The notes under the pieces: model-generated
What the model saw: the letters and a program-made list of their open reading frames with translations, nothing else
Databases searched by the model: none
Told to the model about the DNA's origin: nothing
Assembly (NCBI RefSeq): GCF_009914755.1
Contig: NC_060933.1
DNA length: 64,000 nt
Strand: one strand, 5' to 3'
Origin: the human T2T-CHM13v2.0 reference genome, Homo sapiens
Translations under genes and position numbers: made by a program
Shown here: positions 32,836-51,670 of the stretch, one piece after another
Numbering within the stretch: position 1 is the first letter of the stretch
Layout of the letters: every line of letters starts with the position of its first letter

Positions 32836-33140
32836 CTTTATTTTATTTTATCTTTTTGTGAGACAGAGTCTCGCTCTGTCCCCCAGGCTGGAGTGCAGTG
32901 GCGCCATCTCGGTTCACTGTAAGCTCCGCCTCCCGAGTTCACACCATTCTCCTGCCTCAGCCTCCCGTGAACTGGGACTACATGAGCCCACGACCACGCC
33001 CGGCTAATTTTTTTGTATTTTTAGCAGAGACAGGGTTTCACCGTGTTAGCCAGGATGGTCTTGATCTCCTGACCTCGTGATCCGCCCGCCTCAGCCTCCC
33101 AAAGTGCTGGGATTACAGGCATGAGCCACCGTGTCCAGCC
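32836..33140 (-). mobile_element. AluY
   Basis: antisense dimer. Confidence 0.95.
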
Positions 33141-33243
33141 GTAAATATTTTTTAATTAAAAAAAAAAAAAAGCTGGTTAGTATTCTTAAAGAAATGTTCT
33201 GTTGCAGGGTTTGGATTGTTATTTTCTTAAAGCTGTTTCTTTT

Positions 33244-33605
<362 letters not shown>

Positions 33606-33662
33606 TTAGAGGGTGAGTAGTTGGGCTAAATAGGACTCGCCTTTCTCATATTATTTTTTCAG

Positions 33663-33950
33663 ATGATACCCTGTTGAGCTGGTAGGTAGGAAGAACCAGC
33701 GAAGCGCACAGTTACCGGAGAGGTTATTTGCCCAATGTTGAGAAACATATGTGTGTATTAGAAAAAATCACATCGACTCCCAGGAATCCTGCAACATACT
33801 GCAACTGTGATGCTGACCAGAATGAGTGGAGATTTCCTCATGATTTCTCTGTGTGAGATGCAGGTTAAAAAAATTATTACTTAATATATGAATAGGCAGA
33901 TATTGAATAAGCTATTGCAATGAAAAAATAAAAGTATGCCCTAGTGAGTA
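33663..33950 (+). ncRNA. candidate plus-strand terminal (or 201-nt internal) non-coding exon
   Basis: acceptor ctttctcatattattttttcag|; weak donor CAG|gttaaa at 33863; AATAAA at 33927-33932; stops in all three frames. Confidence 0.35.
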
Positions 33951-34598
33951 AAAAATGTAAGCTGATGAAATATAATACAATTAATATGAAAACTAAATAT
34001 CAAGATGGAAGGTTTGCTAGTTCACTGTGGATAATAGATCATGTACATTTTTCTAGTAAATAGAAATACTTGGCTTCCATTCACTAGAAGTCCAACATCA
34101 TCTCTTTAAATTTAAGTTCGATTAAGCAATCTATTACTACCAATATTTAAAGTAGTAATTCACAAAGTGTATCTGCTTATAAAAGTCCCATGATTATCTA
34201 CATTTAAGAGTTAATGCTGCATATCACACCCCTTGGGGACACCATACATTAACATATTTAGTTCTGATAGGACTGTTTACTTGTCTCAATCCTGATTTTC
34301 CAAAGTCAGTTAATCACAAAATTATGTAGGCAATGTCATATGATCAGGAAAAAAAGTGTTCCGTGAACCCCACCCTGCAAAGGGTGATCTAAAAAATGTC
34401 AGAGATTCGAAAATGTTTCAACTGTCTTTAGAACAAAGCAATAATCTCCTGTGGATTGCAATACTTCCTTTACTGAGAATTTGGAAAGTTTTTTGTAGAT
34501 TTTTAGGTTATAGTTGGAAAGTATGCTGATTTTTTTTAACATGGAAAGTAAAAGTGGTTTTTAAATCTCTGGATTAATTTATTAACATGTATCACTAA

Positions 34599-34906
<308 letters not shown>

Positions 34907-35468
34907 CCTCAAAAAAGGTTTCATAAAGCCCTAGTGCTTCATCTACTAGCCTATGTATCTCCAAATCCATTTGACCATGCAGCATACATTTATTTTTAAA
35001 CTCTTAAAGGTCAATCTGGGTGTATATATCATTGATTTGGCTACAGAATGTCAGTTATATTTTATGTCTTTGGTTAAAAAGTGAGGATACAAAATTTTAT
35101 TCTCAAAACACGTTTATGTAATGTTGATTAATAAAAATAATTCACCTACTCATGTTTGATAATTAAATAATTAGTTTTATCTTTCCCATCACAGTAGGTG
35201 ACACATAGAATATTTAGGTTTTGATTTTGTCAAGATGAAAATGAATAGCAAACCTGTTTGGAATTCTGAATTCAATCTCAATAAGGAATAGAAAAAAAAA
35301 AAAGCAGACTTCATTTTAATTTGGTTTGTATTATTCCCACAGGAATATACCTGGGGCAGATAAATCTTCTAGAAAATCAGATGTCCTTTCATACGAGAAT
35401 AGAGTTCAATGATATACTTTTCATCATACACATCATATGACAATGTCATCTTTAAATATAGTAAAGGG

Positions 35469-35818
<350 letters not shown>

Positions 35819-37123
35819 TTAGCAGAAGTAAATATGGTTTAATTCAATGGAAACAGCTCTGCTCTATAGAAAATTCACAAATATTAAAAATAAACACACT
35901 CTACATTAAACCTCTGAGCACTAGAAGCTTACCTACTTATTCATAGGCTCACATACTGTAAGGGGGTAAATCCCAAAACCCAGATAAGTCAAATGAAAAC
36001 TTCACTATGCCCTCCCTTTATCTATTATATTATGTGCAGTTTTGTGAGTTTTCAACATAAATGATTAGCTTCTGAGGAGTTTTAAAAGCATTTGCCATAG
36101 ATCAACGATAGTATGTTCTAAAAATGAGTCATCAGTTAAAGCTACAGTAACATGAATATAGTATTAATAGTTACAGTCAATGAAAAAATGATGACTTTAT
36201 TTTTGTCTTTAAGGGTATAAAAAGCGTATTCAAAGTTACTGAGGGTACTCAGAGTTAATTTTTCACATCAAAGGGAAAGGGCTAAGGAAGGAATTGTTTT
36301 AGCCTTTCATTCAACATTGTAACTGCAAACAAAAAATTACTTTGAAATAAACATACAGCTGTACCCCTTGCTAATTAAGAAAGAACTTCTTGGTCATAAT
36401 TATATAATGGCCAATTTTTACTTCTAATTCCGGCTTGGATTTCCCTAGTTTATTTATTAGCCATTGAGTTATTATGATCATCCAGTTGTTAGCCTTTAGA
36501 CATAATATTTGTATTCGCTGTTGATTAATTTTTTTTTCCAAAATTTACATAACTCTGGCTGTCCTATCAATTTCCCATAGAGTTATCATTCCACTTGAAT
36601 CTGTGAAAAGTGTCTGATTAAAAATCATACGGATAATTACCATCAACACTCAATTCTCAGCAGCTGTTGAGGAGGAGCTTCAGTTAGATACACATCATCC
36701 CAAAGAGAACTCATCGTGATGGAAGGGACATTAGAAATAAGAGGAGAGTGGTTAAATCAGTAAAAGATTGACTCCATTACACTGCCATCTGTTCATCCAC
36801 GACCTTGCTTCCATTATTCTGTGCCCATTTATTGATTTAATGACATGAATATTGTTTGACAACTGCCCAGTGTCTGCAATAAATGTTAATTTTTTTGCTC
36901 AACGGTTGTTGCATTGACCATGAAAATGTATTTGATCATCAATCATTTTCACTGTACATCTGGTTAGAAAATATTGGACACTATATGAAGGCCTTTATAA
37001 GGCAAATACAGATAACTTGTATTTTTAGTAAATTCTACCAATGAAGCTGTGCCGATGACATACTTCCCATGACATGTCTGAGAACACAGTTCCCCGTAGG
37101 AGAGGTGAGCTACCAAAGTGTAA

Positions 37124-37458
<335 letters not shown>

Positions 37459-37949
37459 GAAAGCGCCTATTTTGAAAGGATGTGCTACCTAAATATTTGT
37501 AGCTAACATCACATTGTTAGAAATGATGCACTGAACAGCAGTTATTATTTTACCAAAAAAAGTTTCTATGGAGGAATCTCTTAACAAGCTTATGACAGGA
37601 GAAAAAAAAAGAAAACTAGACAAGGTTTTAAATTATTTCTACAGATCAGGTAACACAAAGGAGTCTTTAGTTCCTCAATTTTCTTAAGCACCACCTTGAG
37701 TGCTGAATAATTATATAGCAAGTCTGAAGATCTCGTATAACATGCTACATGAGCGTTTAATGCGAATCACATAGTCTTATCTCCTGTATTAGGTCCCATG
37801 ACATCTTGCTTGAGTATCTCAGTATTTAATTTATTGTTCCAACCACATAATTCCCTAGTATATTTAAACATGCTCAGGTCTCTCCCAACTTACACACCCA
37901 CTTGCATGATACCACACTACCCTAGAGCTAACCCTATTGCTCTATTTCC

Positions 37950-38210
37950 ATTCATTAATTCATCCACTTATTCATCAAATATTTAATGTGCATCAACTGT
38001 CTGTCAGCAATGTCAAAGTTCTGTTGATATAGTGTACAAGACAAAGCACATCTTTACTCTGCCATTTCGATCTTATATTTTCATGGTGGAAGATGAAAAT
38101 AAAGTAGATAAATAAAAAATACCCAAACATACACAGAAATAATATAATTGCAGAAAGTGATCATTGCTATTACAAAAATAAAACACGGTAATGGGAAGAA
38201 TTAGAATGGC
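37950..38210 (-). mobile_element. L2 3' end fragment
   Basis: cattcattaattcat...caaatatttaatgtgc antisense L2 tail. Confidence 0.6.
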
Positions 38211-38311
38211 TCCTCAAGGTTCTCTCCATCCCTACTGCCGCCATCCTAGAACAAGATGGCATCACTGTGCTTCTTAACCAGATGGCCAGTGACATCTGAG
38301 TAGTTCCTTCA

Positions 38312-38811
<500 letters not shown>

Positions 38812-39553
38812 CTTTCAAGGGAAAAGAAGGAAACCCCACCTAACATAATCATAATATAAACATTATTATATATGCTTTTATTACTATTATAATTATATAT
38901 TACATTATTTAAATCATAAACATTATGTCAATTTTTGCTTTTCATATGGACAGTAGTAATAATGGATAAATCAAATGCATATTGCATCATTAGAAGAGTG
39001 CTGGCCTTGTATGAACAAAGTTTTAGTTATAAGTCATCATACTGTTTCTGAGTCATAAAAGAACGACAACTGTCTTCCTGGTTCTATCGCATTGCTTATC
39101 CCAGGTTCCATAACATTAGTAAAAGTCTTATTATCCAATCACTGAGCTTCACATGCCCTGCAGGTATGGGCGCTACATCTTATACAATAATTCAATTTTG
39201 TTGTTGGATAATTCAGGACCTCTCCCTTGTCAAAGCTAATTTCTAAAGCTAAAGATTCACACACTGTGGGATATACTGTGGACATTCCAAACACATTACG
39301 GTTAAAGCATATGTCTTGGTGTCAGACACTGATAAAGCTTTCTTGGATTCAATATAAAACTTATGGGAAAAAAAACTAGTGTGTCAATATAAATTATAAT
39401 TTATATCAAGATTGAGAAATGGACTCCTTCAAGGTTCCACTATTAGTGATGTATATATAAAGGATTAAAATACTCCCTCATGTGAGTAATGGTGCTACAG
39501 ACACGTTCCCATTGGCATCTGTTCACAGTCAATCAGTAAATTAAGAGCTCTGA

Positions 39554-39987
<434 letters not shown>

Positions 39988-40673
39988 CATTATAATTTTT
40001 AAAGCATTAGTTTCATTCATTAAATATAAGTTGGCTTGGGTCAAATGGAGGCTGAAATGGCCATTGTTCAGGGTTTGGCTTTGTTGGCTCTAGACAGACA
40101 TAATGAAAGTCCCTGGAGAAGTAAAAGCTTTTTGTGAGTTCTGTGGTACTTCCATCAGCAGCATATTGTTACCACTGAAGTGAGATCAAGTAATATCAGT
40201 TCTAAAGTGTATGCTGGGAACTTTTATCAGAGACATTTCTGTGCAATTGTAGAAGTGAAAATAGAGCAGGATGGACTGAAAGACAAATGGGAAGTAAATA
40301 AGGAGAGGAGAAGCTAAAATATTGAAATCAGTAAAGTAGGGTGAAGGGGGTTTATTTGATGGGAGATGTGTGAGTCTTAAGTTTAAACACTAATGGGAAA
40401 TGGCCAATAGAAAGAGAAAAGCTGATGGAATCAAAGAATTTATAGGCGGTTGGAGCATCAATCATTTTCATTGTACATCTGAGTACTGTACATTCAGAGA
40501 ACAAGGAAACATTTTATTTTCCAACTGGATTAAAAAGGAAGGTGATTAAGAATGGCTGGTATGCAGGCATGAATTCAGGAGCAGGGTGTGTCTCAATCTG
40601 GAGGTAATTGTCTTGGAGGAGCTTTGAAAGTGAAATGCCTTTGTAGAATATGCAATTGTAAAATAAGACTTAC

Positions 40674-40785
40674 CTTTGCAAACCAACTACATTATTTCCA
40701 GATCCATGCCTTAAAATGTTGGGGGGTGGGGGTCAAAGCAAAGCTCTCTGAAGATGTCTCTGGATGTTCCCATCAGGAGTGAACT
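40674..40785 (-). ncRNA. candidate 112-nt minus-strand exon
   Basis: acceptor ctattttctgaaattgtttcatttacag|; consensus donor AAG|gtaagt; prediction only. Confidence 0.4.
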
Positions 40786-41542
40786 CTGTAAATGAAACAA
40801 TTTCAGAAAATAGAGGTCATTCAGTCTTTGGCCATTGCTGTACAATTGTGAATGAGTAACATTACTTCATTATTAAGTCAATAATGCTATCATGAGGACA
40901 GAAATGGAATTTCAAAACAGATCAGTCTATGAGTTTGCTTTGTTTCATTTCTTCCTTTATTAAATTTTTCTTCTTACAAACATGATTATATTTTCTTAAA
41001 GTTCATCTGCTGCTGCAGTTTCTATTTGAAGAGCATAATCAGTTTCCCAGCAACCAAAAATAGAAATGGTGCTGTCTCAAGAATGAGGACTTAAAGGCTA
41101 ATAATAGATTCCAGTGATTGTGACTTAGAAGCTCTGATTAAAGCATAATTTTCTCTGCCTCATAAGAACAGGAGCCCAACATAACTGTATTAGAATATGT
41201 TCAGCAACTTTATTTTTGCAAAGGGTTTGCCAACACTTGGATTTCTCAAAGTAGCTTTACAAGGTGACACTTCATTCATTACTACCCATAGTTAACTATT
41301 TTAAAATTCAGACTTAGTGGAATTTGCCCAAGAACATACAATATAGCATGCTTAGAATTGAAACTTGCCTGCCATTCTTTCCTTTGTTTTAAGGCAGTGT
41401 TTTTCAAACCTAATGATCATTAAAATTGCCTGAGAATGTTGTTAAATGCAGATTCTAGCAAGATCCCAGGTGATGACAATACTTCAAATAGCAAGTTTCT
41501 AAGACATTTTGGGTTGCAGTTACAACTATACTTGCAAACAGA

Positions 41543-41745
41543 ACCGCCTCCTGGGTTCAAGCGATTCCCCTGCCTCAGCCTGCCAAGTACCTGGGATTAC
41601 AGGCACCTGCCACCACGCCTGGCTAATTTTTGTATTTTTAGTACCATGTTGGCCAAGCTGGTCTCAAACTCCTGATCTCAGGTGATCTGCCTGCCTTGGC
41701 CTCCCAAAGTGCTGGGATTACAGGCGTGAGCCACCGCACCCGGCC
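41543..41745 (-). mobile_element. partial AluS
   Basis: lacks 3' end/tail; internal deletion. Confidence 0.9.
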
Positions 41746-41835
41746 TTGCTAATTTATTTTTAGTCTATCATATTTATCAAATAAATAACAAACGAAAATA
41801 TTATGGTAGGAGTTATTTAAAAATTATTGGCCCGG

Positions 41836-42140
41836 GGCCAGGCGAGGTGGCTCACACCTGTAATCCCAGCATTTTGGGAGGCCAAGGCAGGCAGGTCACC
41901 TGAGGTCAAGAGTTTGAGACCAGCCTGGCCAACATGGTGAAACCCCATCTCTGCTAAAAAAAAAAAAAAAAAAAGAAAAAAAAATTAATTGGGCTTGGTG
42001 GCACACGCCTGTAGTCTCAGCTACCTGGGGAGGCTGAGGCAACAGAATCACTTGAACCCAGGAGGCGGAGGTTGCAGTGAGCCAAGATCATGCCCCTGCA
42101 CTCCCGCCTGGGATCCATCTCAAAAAAAAAAAAAAAAAAG
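41836..42140 (+). mobile_element. AluS
   Basis: dimer with expanded middle A-tract. Confidence 0.95.
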
Positions 42141-43948
42141 GCAGATAAAGAAAAAAAATAGTAATATAAAGAGAAAATAAAAATAAATTATCCTGGCAAT
42201 AGAGTCTTGCATATTTTTCAGCTTTCCTTGAAGCTGAGATGTGCTCCTGACCTCAAAGGACCAGTCCCTTGGGCCAGAGTATTGAGAACCATTTACCTGG
42301 GCCTGGAGCTGTGGAGAGATTTCCTGACTGTACATGTTCCCATCAGGCTAGGCCAGCCACCGAACATGGCCTTCAGGGCAGGACAGCAGAACTAGGGCCC
42401 TGCCTGGGGTACCTGGTGCTGGTCCAAGTTTTAGAGCCAGAGCATCTGCCGAAGTTTGGGGCCATCCTGGCGCAAGAGGGGTGCAGGGTGGTGGAGTCCT
42501 GGTCCTCGGGCTGATGGGCTCCAAAGCCTCTACAGGAAAGAGAGGGGGAGAGAGGAGAAGGAGTCTACAGGAAGGCTGCTGGGAGAGGCTGACCTGCAGG
42601 GGTGTGGTGGAGCCTAAGAGCAGGTGACCTGGGAAGACCTGGGGCGGGAGTATGCCGAGGGGCAGGAGTGGGGGTGAGGGTGGGCAGTGATTCACAGATC
42701 TCTCTGCTGTCACCAGGGGAGGGCAAGCTATTGATCTGGAGTCAAGCTGGGAAGAAATCACCTGTCCTGCACCTCTAGACCAACAAAAGGTAAACTGAGT
42801 CCCAGAGCAGGGAAGGGTTGCTAACACTCAAGGGTCAAGCAGCAAAGTGGTGTGACCTGAAAGGGAAGTCATGAGAGACAAAAGGCTGAGGGCGGCACAA
42901 GGAAAAAGCTGGGAAAATAAGGCTGTGCAGCGAGAATGGACCAACACTGGCGCCTCACGCACATACACCCCACTTCCCAGCGGGTGCCCTGGGGCATCTC
43001 AGAAGCCAGCACAGCCTAGGCCTGCTGCAGAGTGAAAGAGTGAGCCCTGCTCATGCTGAAGCAACAGGAGCTCATCCAAGGTGGGGGGAAGGGCCAGTGT
43101 TGAGGCAGCCGGGGCATGTGCCTCAGGAGTGGAGCCTCTGGTGCCTGGTGTATCACTAGGAGTGAGTGGCAACGATGTGGAAGTGGCCAGACACCCCATG
43201 ACCCAGGAGTCAAGGAACCATGCTCTTTGCTGTCCAGTCCCCCAAAACTAACAACTGCACTTCCACGTGAAGGAAGCAGAATGACCCCTTCTCCCCACTC
43301 CCTTTATCCTGAACATCAGCAGGTGGGCCCAGGACTACCAGGCAAATTCTGAGATCCAGGACCTATTGAGGAGTAGTGATGGCAGCAACTGGCCAAACCC
43401 ACACTTTCCAGGCAGCCACAGGAGCTGGGCATGGCCGAGGCCTACAGACATGCAGGCAGTGCCCCAAGGGTGAGGACAAGGTAGATCATGCCTAATTCCT
43501 GCCATGAGTCTGACTGCATGCTAGAGTTTTGCTTGCTTGCCTTCAGTAATGCCTCTCCATGTTTATGGAATTTCCAGTTCTCAATAAAGTGTAGATACAG
43601 TATATAAGGCAATGTTACTTTGTGTGTAACACTGAATGTGTATTTTGATTTTATCTGCAGATCAGTGGCTTTGATTCAGGCAGCTTCAAAGGAATTGTGA
43701 TCAAGTTATGATAATTTAGTCAACAAGCAGGTCAATGAGGGAGGTAAACTGAGGCAGGGCCCTCCATGTGATCACCCAGACAAATGCTTCATGCCCAATG
43801 CCAAGGCAAAATATTAGGTGATTATCCCAAAAGATTACATTAAAGCGTATTCCATAATTAAATATACATTTCAAATTTAGAAGTTAGTTTTAAAAGCTCA
43901 TCAGTTAAGGTCTGGAACATAAAAAACATTTCATAAAATTAAGGTTTC

Positions 43949-45086
<1,138 letters not shown>

Positions 45087-45689
45087 TTATTCATTCATCA
45101 CGTGCATTTCCAGCATGAGATCTTCCTCCTTACAGGAGCCATGTTTTGAGTCACTCAACACAGTTGTTCAAAATGCAGCATCTTCTCTTCCAGCTAAATT
45201 CCTGTTGCATTTGTATTAAATTTGCGTATGAATCTGTTATGATGCTATTAGATCTTTTATCTCAAATCACAAGGTTTTGTTTGAAATTTGAGATTTTTAC
45301 CTTCATAAACACCTTTTGCCTTTTAAATGATTTCTAAAATTCTCATTTGCAATTATACACAACATCGTAATTATGAGTTCTGATTTTCAGGGGTGATTAT
45401 AAAAACTAACAAATTAAATTGTAGGTTATTCTGAGTAGCCAATACTAGCATTGATTGAGTTTGCATCAGCCTAAAGTGTGTTTCCCAGATTGTAACTTTG
45501 TTGTAAAAAATTAAATGTTCCCACATATTCCTCTTCATTGCTGGAGACAATTCTCTATGAATATTACACATTTCTGCATGTCCAGGCCCTAGAGAAAGAC
45601 ATTTATATCCAATGCAAGATGTTGCTTTGGCTGCAATTTTCACTGTGAAGAAAAATTACCTTTTTTTCTCAGACTCAGGCTGTATATAT

Positions 45690-45970
45690 ATGAGTTCATG
45701 GGGCCAAGCCTGGTTCTGGGGTGGGCCTGGAGCCTTGGGCCCTGGAGGCCAGCCTGGACCTTGGCCTGCAGGGGCTGGCCTAGAGCTGGGGTGGTGGTCC
45801 CAGAGCTTGGGTTTTATTTCTATGTTACACTCAACATGCTGTGATCTCTCATGTGGATTCCTCAGCTCTTGTGAAAGGATTTTTGTGTGTGAAGATTTGT
45901 TCAAATTGATGTTTCTGTGAGGGGCCGAGATCCAGAAAGTCTCATTTTATCACTTGCTGACGTCACACCC
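45690..45970 (-). mobile_element. old L1M 5'-end (promoter/5'UTR) fragment
   Basis: gggcctggagcc-type repeats followed by ggattcctcagctcttgtgaa...gttcaaattgatgtttctgtg...cttgctgacgtca, recalled as antisense L1M 5' terminus. Confidence 0.55.
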
Positions 45971-46434
45971 CACGGCTACTGTGGCTTTTATGTTTTGTTA
46001 GTATTCCACCATATTGTGGCAAGCCTGCAATTCAATTAATATTAAAAATCAATCTGAATGAGATAATCTCTTAACAGATATCCCACTCTGAAATATCAGG
46101 GTGGCTTCTGTTTTGCTTATGTCTTGACTTTGCTTTAAGACAGGTCATAGCCTGTGCATCTCACTAAGCTTCACAGTGACAAGGACATGTTCTGAGCTGG
46201 CCAGTGTGTGGCACACACCCAGCCACACCTGCAGATGTCTGCTGAAAGGCAGCTTTATGACCACCCTTTTGCTTTGTGCCTGTAGAGCTACGAAAACCGT
46301 AGCTCACTGAGACTCAGTTACCGAAACTATCAAATGACAAACAAGTCAAGGGTTTGAGATTTTTCCCTCAAGGACATATCTTCTGTGAGGCTTTCAGCTT
46401 TCTTAAAAAAATATTTTATTTGAAGATAAAACTC

Positions 46435-46764
<330 letters not shown>

Positions 46765-47378
46765 TTATATGCCTGTTAAAATGGGTCTCCTCCTTATTTT
46801 TGGTGTGTGCGTGTGTGGTTTTTTTTTTTTTTGGCTTCCTCTGTTCATTTTCACTCATCTCCCCTTTCCCTCTTCAGAGGACCAGATTTGCCCATCTTCT
46901 TTCAAGCAGATGACTGAGTCAATCCCACATTACATATGAGGAAACTGAGGTAAGAGTGGAAATACCCTGAAAAAACAATTTTCTTCCTCTGTTAAAAGGA
47001 GATAACTATTTTTTTCCATAGAACTGTTGTAAAGATCAGAGCTAATGTATTCAAAGTTCCTAGTGAACTACCTAGTTTATACGTATTGAAACAGAGAGAG
47101 CTGATGCTGATATTTTGATATTCCAGATTACTTGGTGATATGCCTTATCATATCATAGAAGATAATAAATGTTAATTTATACAAGCATTATATATATATT
47201 TGCGTATATATACACCCATATTATCTTAAGAAAAGTTAGAACCTTTTTCTCTCTCTGTACGTTTCTTGCAACTTTATGATATTAAACAAATGGAAGTGTT
47301 AGAGGTAACTTCCAATAGGAACAAGGAGAGACTAGGAAAGGGAGGAGAAGTGGCTACATTTTAAATGACAGGTAACAT

Positions 47379-47843
47379 TGTGTCCGGAATTTATTCCTTG
47401 TGGTGGGTTCTTCGTCTTGCTGACTTCAAGAATGAAGCAGCCAACCTCGCGGTGAGTGTTACAGCTCTTAAAGATGGTGTGTGTGTCCGGAGTTTCCTCC
47501 TTCCCATGGGCTCGTGATCTCACGGACTTCAGGAGTGAAGCCACAGACTTTCGTGGCGAGTGCTACAGCTCTTAAAGGTGGGGCGGACCCGAAGAGTGAG
47601 CAGCAGCAAGATTTACTGTGGGGAGCAAAAGAACAAAGATTCCACAGCCTGGATGGAGACCCAAGCGAGTTGCTGACGCTAGCTTGGGTGGCCAGCTTTT
47701 AGTCCCTTATTTGGCCCTGCCCACATCCTGCTGATTGGTCCATTTTACAGAGTGCTGATTGGTGCATTTGCAATCCTTTAGCTAGACATAAAAGTTCTCC
47801 AAGTCCCCACCTGCCCCAGAAGCCCAGCTGGCTTCACCTCTCA
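47379..47843 (-). mobile_element. LTR12-family (HERV9) solo LTR, short form
   Basis: reverse strand tgagaggtgaagccagctgggcttctggg...caccaatcagcactctgtaaaatggaccaatcagc; U5 repeats gagctgtaacactcacc; TSD ACAT. Confidence 0.9.
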
Positions 47844-47854
47844 ACATGGTCAGT

Positions 47855-48171
47855 CTTTTTTTTCTTTTTTTCTTTTTTTTTTTTGAGACAAAATTTCGCT
47901 CTTGTTGCTGAAGCTGCAGCACAATGGCATGATCTCAGGGGCTCACTGCAACCTCCACCTCCTGGGTTCAAGTGATTCTCCTGCCTCAGTCTCCCTTGTA
48001 GCTGGGATTACAGGAGCCTGCCACCACCCTGGCTAATTTTTGTATTTTTTTAGCAGAGATGGGGTTTCATCATGTTGGCCAGGCTGGTCTTGACTTCCTG
48101 ACCTCAGGTGATCCACCAGCTTCGGCCTCCCAAAGTGCTAGGATTACAGGTGTGAGCCACTCTGCCCAGCC
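47855..48171 (-). mobile_element. AluS
   Basis: antisense dimer. Confidence 0.9.
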
Positions 48172-48226
48172 TGGAATTTATATTTCTGACAACTTGCTAG
48201 GTGGTGCTCATGCTGCTGGTCTGGGA

Positions 48227-49300
<1,074 letters not shown>

Positions 49301-49369
49301 GGGACCGCACTTGTGAAACAATATCCTCTGAGTAGGAGATTCAATTTTTTCCCGTGACAATCTTAAGGT

Positions 49370-49870
49370 CTATTTCAACAAAGGGCCAGATAGTAAATTT
49401 ACTTTTGTTCTATAGGCTGTAATGTCTCTGTACAGCTGTTCAACTCAATCACAGGAAAGCAATCATAGATAAAATGTAAAAAAATGGGTATGGCCAAGGG
49501 CCGGGAGCAGTGGCTCACGCCTGTAATCCCAGCACTTTGGGAGGCCGAGGTGGGTGGATCACGAGGTCAGGAGATCGAGACCACCCTGGCTAACACGGTG
49601 AAACACTGTCTCTGCTAAAAATACAAAAGAATTAGCCAGGCGTGGTGGCGGGCGCCTGTAGTCCCAGCTACTCTGGAGGCTGAGGCAGGAGAATGGTGTG
49701 AACGTGGGAGGCGGAGCTTGCAGTGAGCCCGAGCTTGCAGTGAGCCCAGATAGCGCCACTGCACTCCAGCCTGGGCAACAGCAAGACTCCATCTCAAAAA
49801 AAAAAAAAAGAAAAAAAAATGGTTATGGCCAAGTTTAATTCTTTGGGCCATAGTTTACCAAACTCCTGAT
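49370..49870. mobile_element. MER58A-like MITE with nested AluY
   Basis: aaagggccagatagtaaat...ggccatagtttaccaaactcctg. Confidence 0.65.
49499..49818 (+). mobile_element. AluY with internal 17-bp duplication
   Basis: gagcttgcagtgagccc twice at 49714-49747; TSD aaaaaatgg(g/t)tatggccaag. Confidence 0.95.
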
Positions 49871-50821
49871 TTAGATGATTAGCAATAGTCCTACAAACTC
49901 TGAACTCTGTATATCAAGGCAGTATATAATTAAATAACTGATTTTAATTACTATAGGACTTCAATGAAAGGAGAGAATGCTATCAGTTGAAATAGTTTTC
50001 TGAAGAGAAAATGGGGCCAGAGACTTCAGGAATCAGCAATATATTTACTGTCTGTTAAATTAATCGCCTTTTATTACGTGCTAATCAAGTTCTGCTTTAT
50101 TTCATATGACAAGAGTGGTTTTGAATTAAGTAACTCTCAGACAATTGTTTCAGCAAATGATTTAGTTCTCATTTCCATGCTTACGTATAAGTTCTTTCAC
50201 TCAAAAAAAAAAAAGAGGAAATCTTTAATTTAGGAATAAAATACAGAGGATTGCTTCAAGTTTGATTTGTTTTCAAAGCCTAAATTTATAACTTTTATGT
50301 TGCCCTTGCCAATGATTATTTGCAGTTACAGTCTGTAGTTTCACATCATTAATAACTAGAAAGAAAAATGGGCTTTTTATTTGGCTTCAAAGTGGGTGAC
50401 GAGTTTTGGAGCTTCATCTGCTTGCCGTGTTGCTATTGATGCCAATATATTTGCGACTTCCCACTTGCAATATCATTATCAACAGGTAGAGAAAGACATA
50501 ATGGTTTCAATCTCCTTGCTGACAAGCACTTCTCTACACTTGTTAAATCACAGATTTAGCTAAGAAAAATGAAAGGAATATTCCCCGTTGGCTGTGAATT
50601 TATAAAAATTGCTTTCTTTGACAGACAGTCCTCTGTTTCCTGTCTCAGGGAAAATACACAAAGTATAATGAACACTATGGAGGCATTTCCTAAACTTACA
50701 TCTCATTATTCAATGCAGGGAGCACAGACTCTGAAGAGGGAAACCACAGGGGAAATTACACATACCATTTGTCAACTTACATTCCTTTAAGCAAAATGCA
50801 CCAAATTAAGAATTCGGGACG

Positions 50822-51483
<662 letters not shown>

Positions 51484-51544
51484 TTAAATGCTAAAAAGTT
51501 CTACCTCATGAGTTTGTTTTGCTGGTATGTGTGGAGTCCACCTC

Positions 51545-51670
51545 TATCTTTCTCAGGCTCTCTCTCTTACTCTCTTACTCCCTCCCTCTTTCCTTCCTTC
51601 CTCCCTTTCTTCCACCCTCCCTCTGTCTCTTCCACCCTCCCTCCCTCTCTTCCTTCCTTCCTTCTTTCCT
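51545..51670. repeat. CT-rich polypyrimidine tract
   Basis: seen directly. Confidence 0.85.

Noticed and set aside
33613-33662. GT...AG pair as an intron
   Set aside because: 50 nt is below the usual minimum human intron size; the two sites cannot normally pair with each other.
42348-42827. 159-aa Pro/Leu-rich ORF
   Set aside because: Non-ATG start; open frames are expected in GC-rich DNA; no recognisable homology.
45656-45904. Gly-Pro-rich ORF resembling collagen
   Set aside because: Arises from GGGCCT-type repeats of an L1 5' fragment; no sustained Gly-X-Y register.
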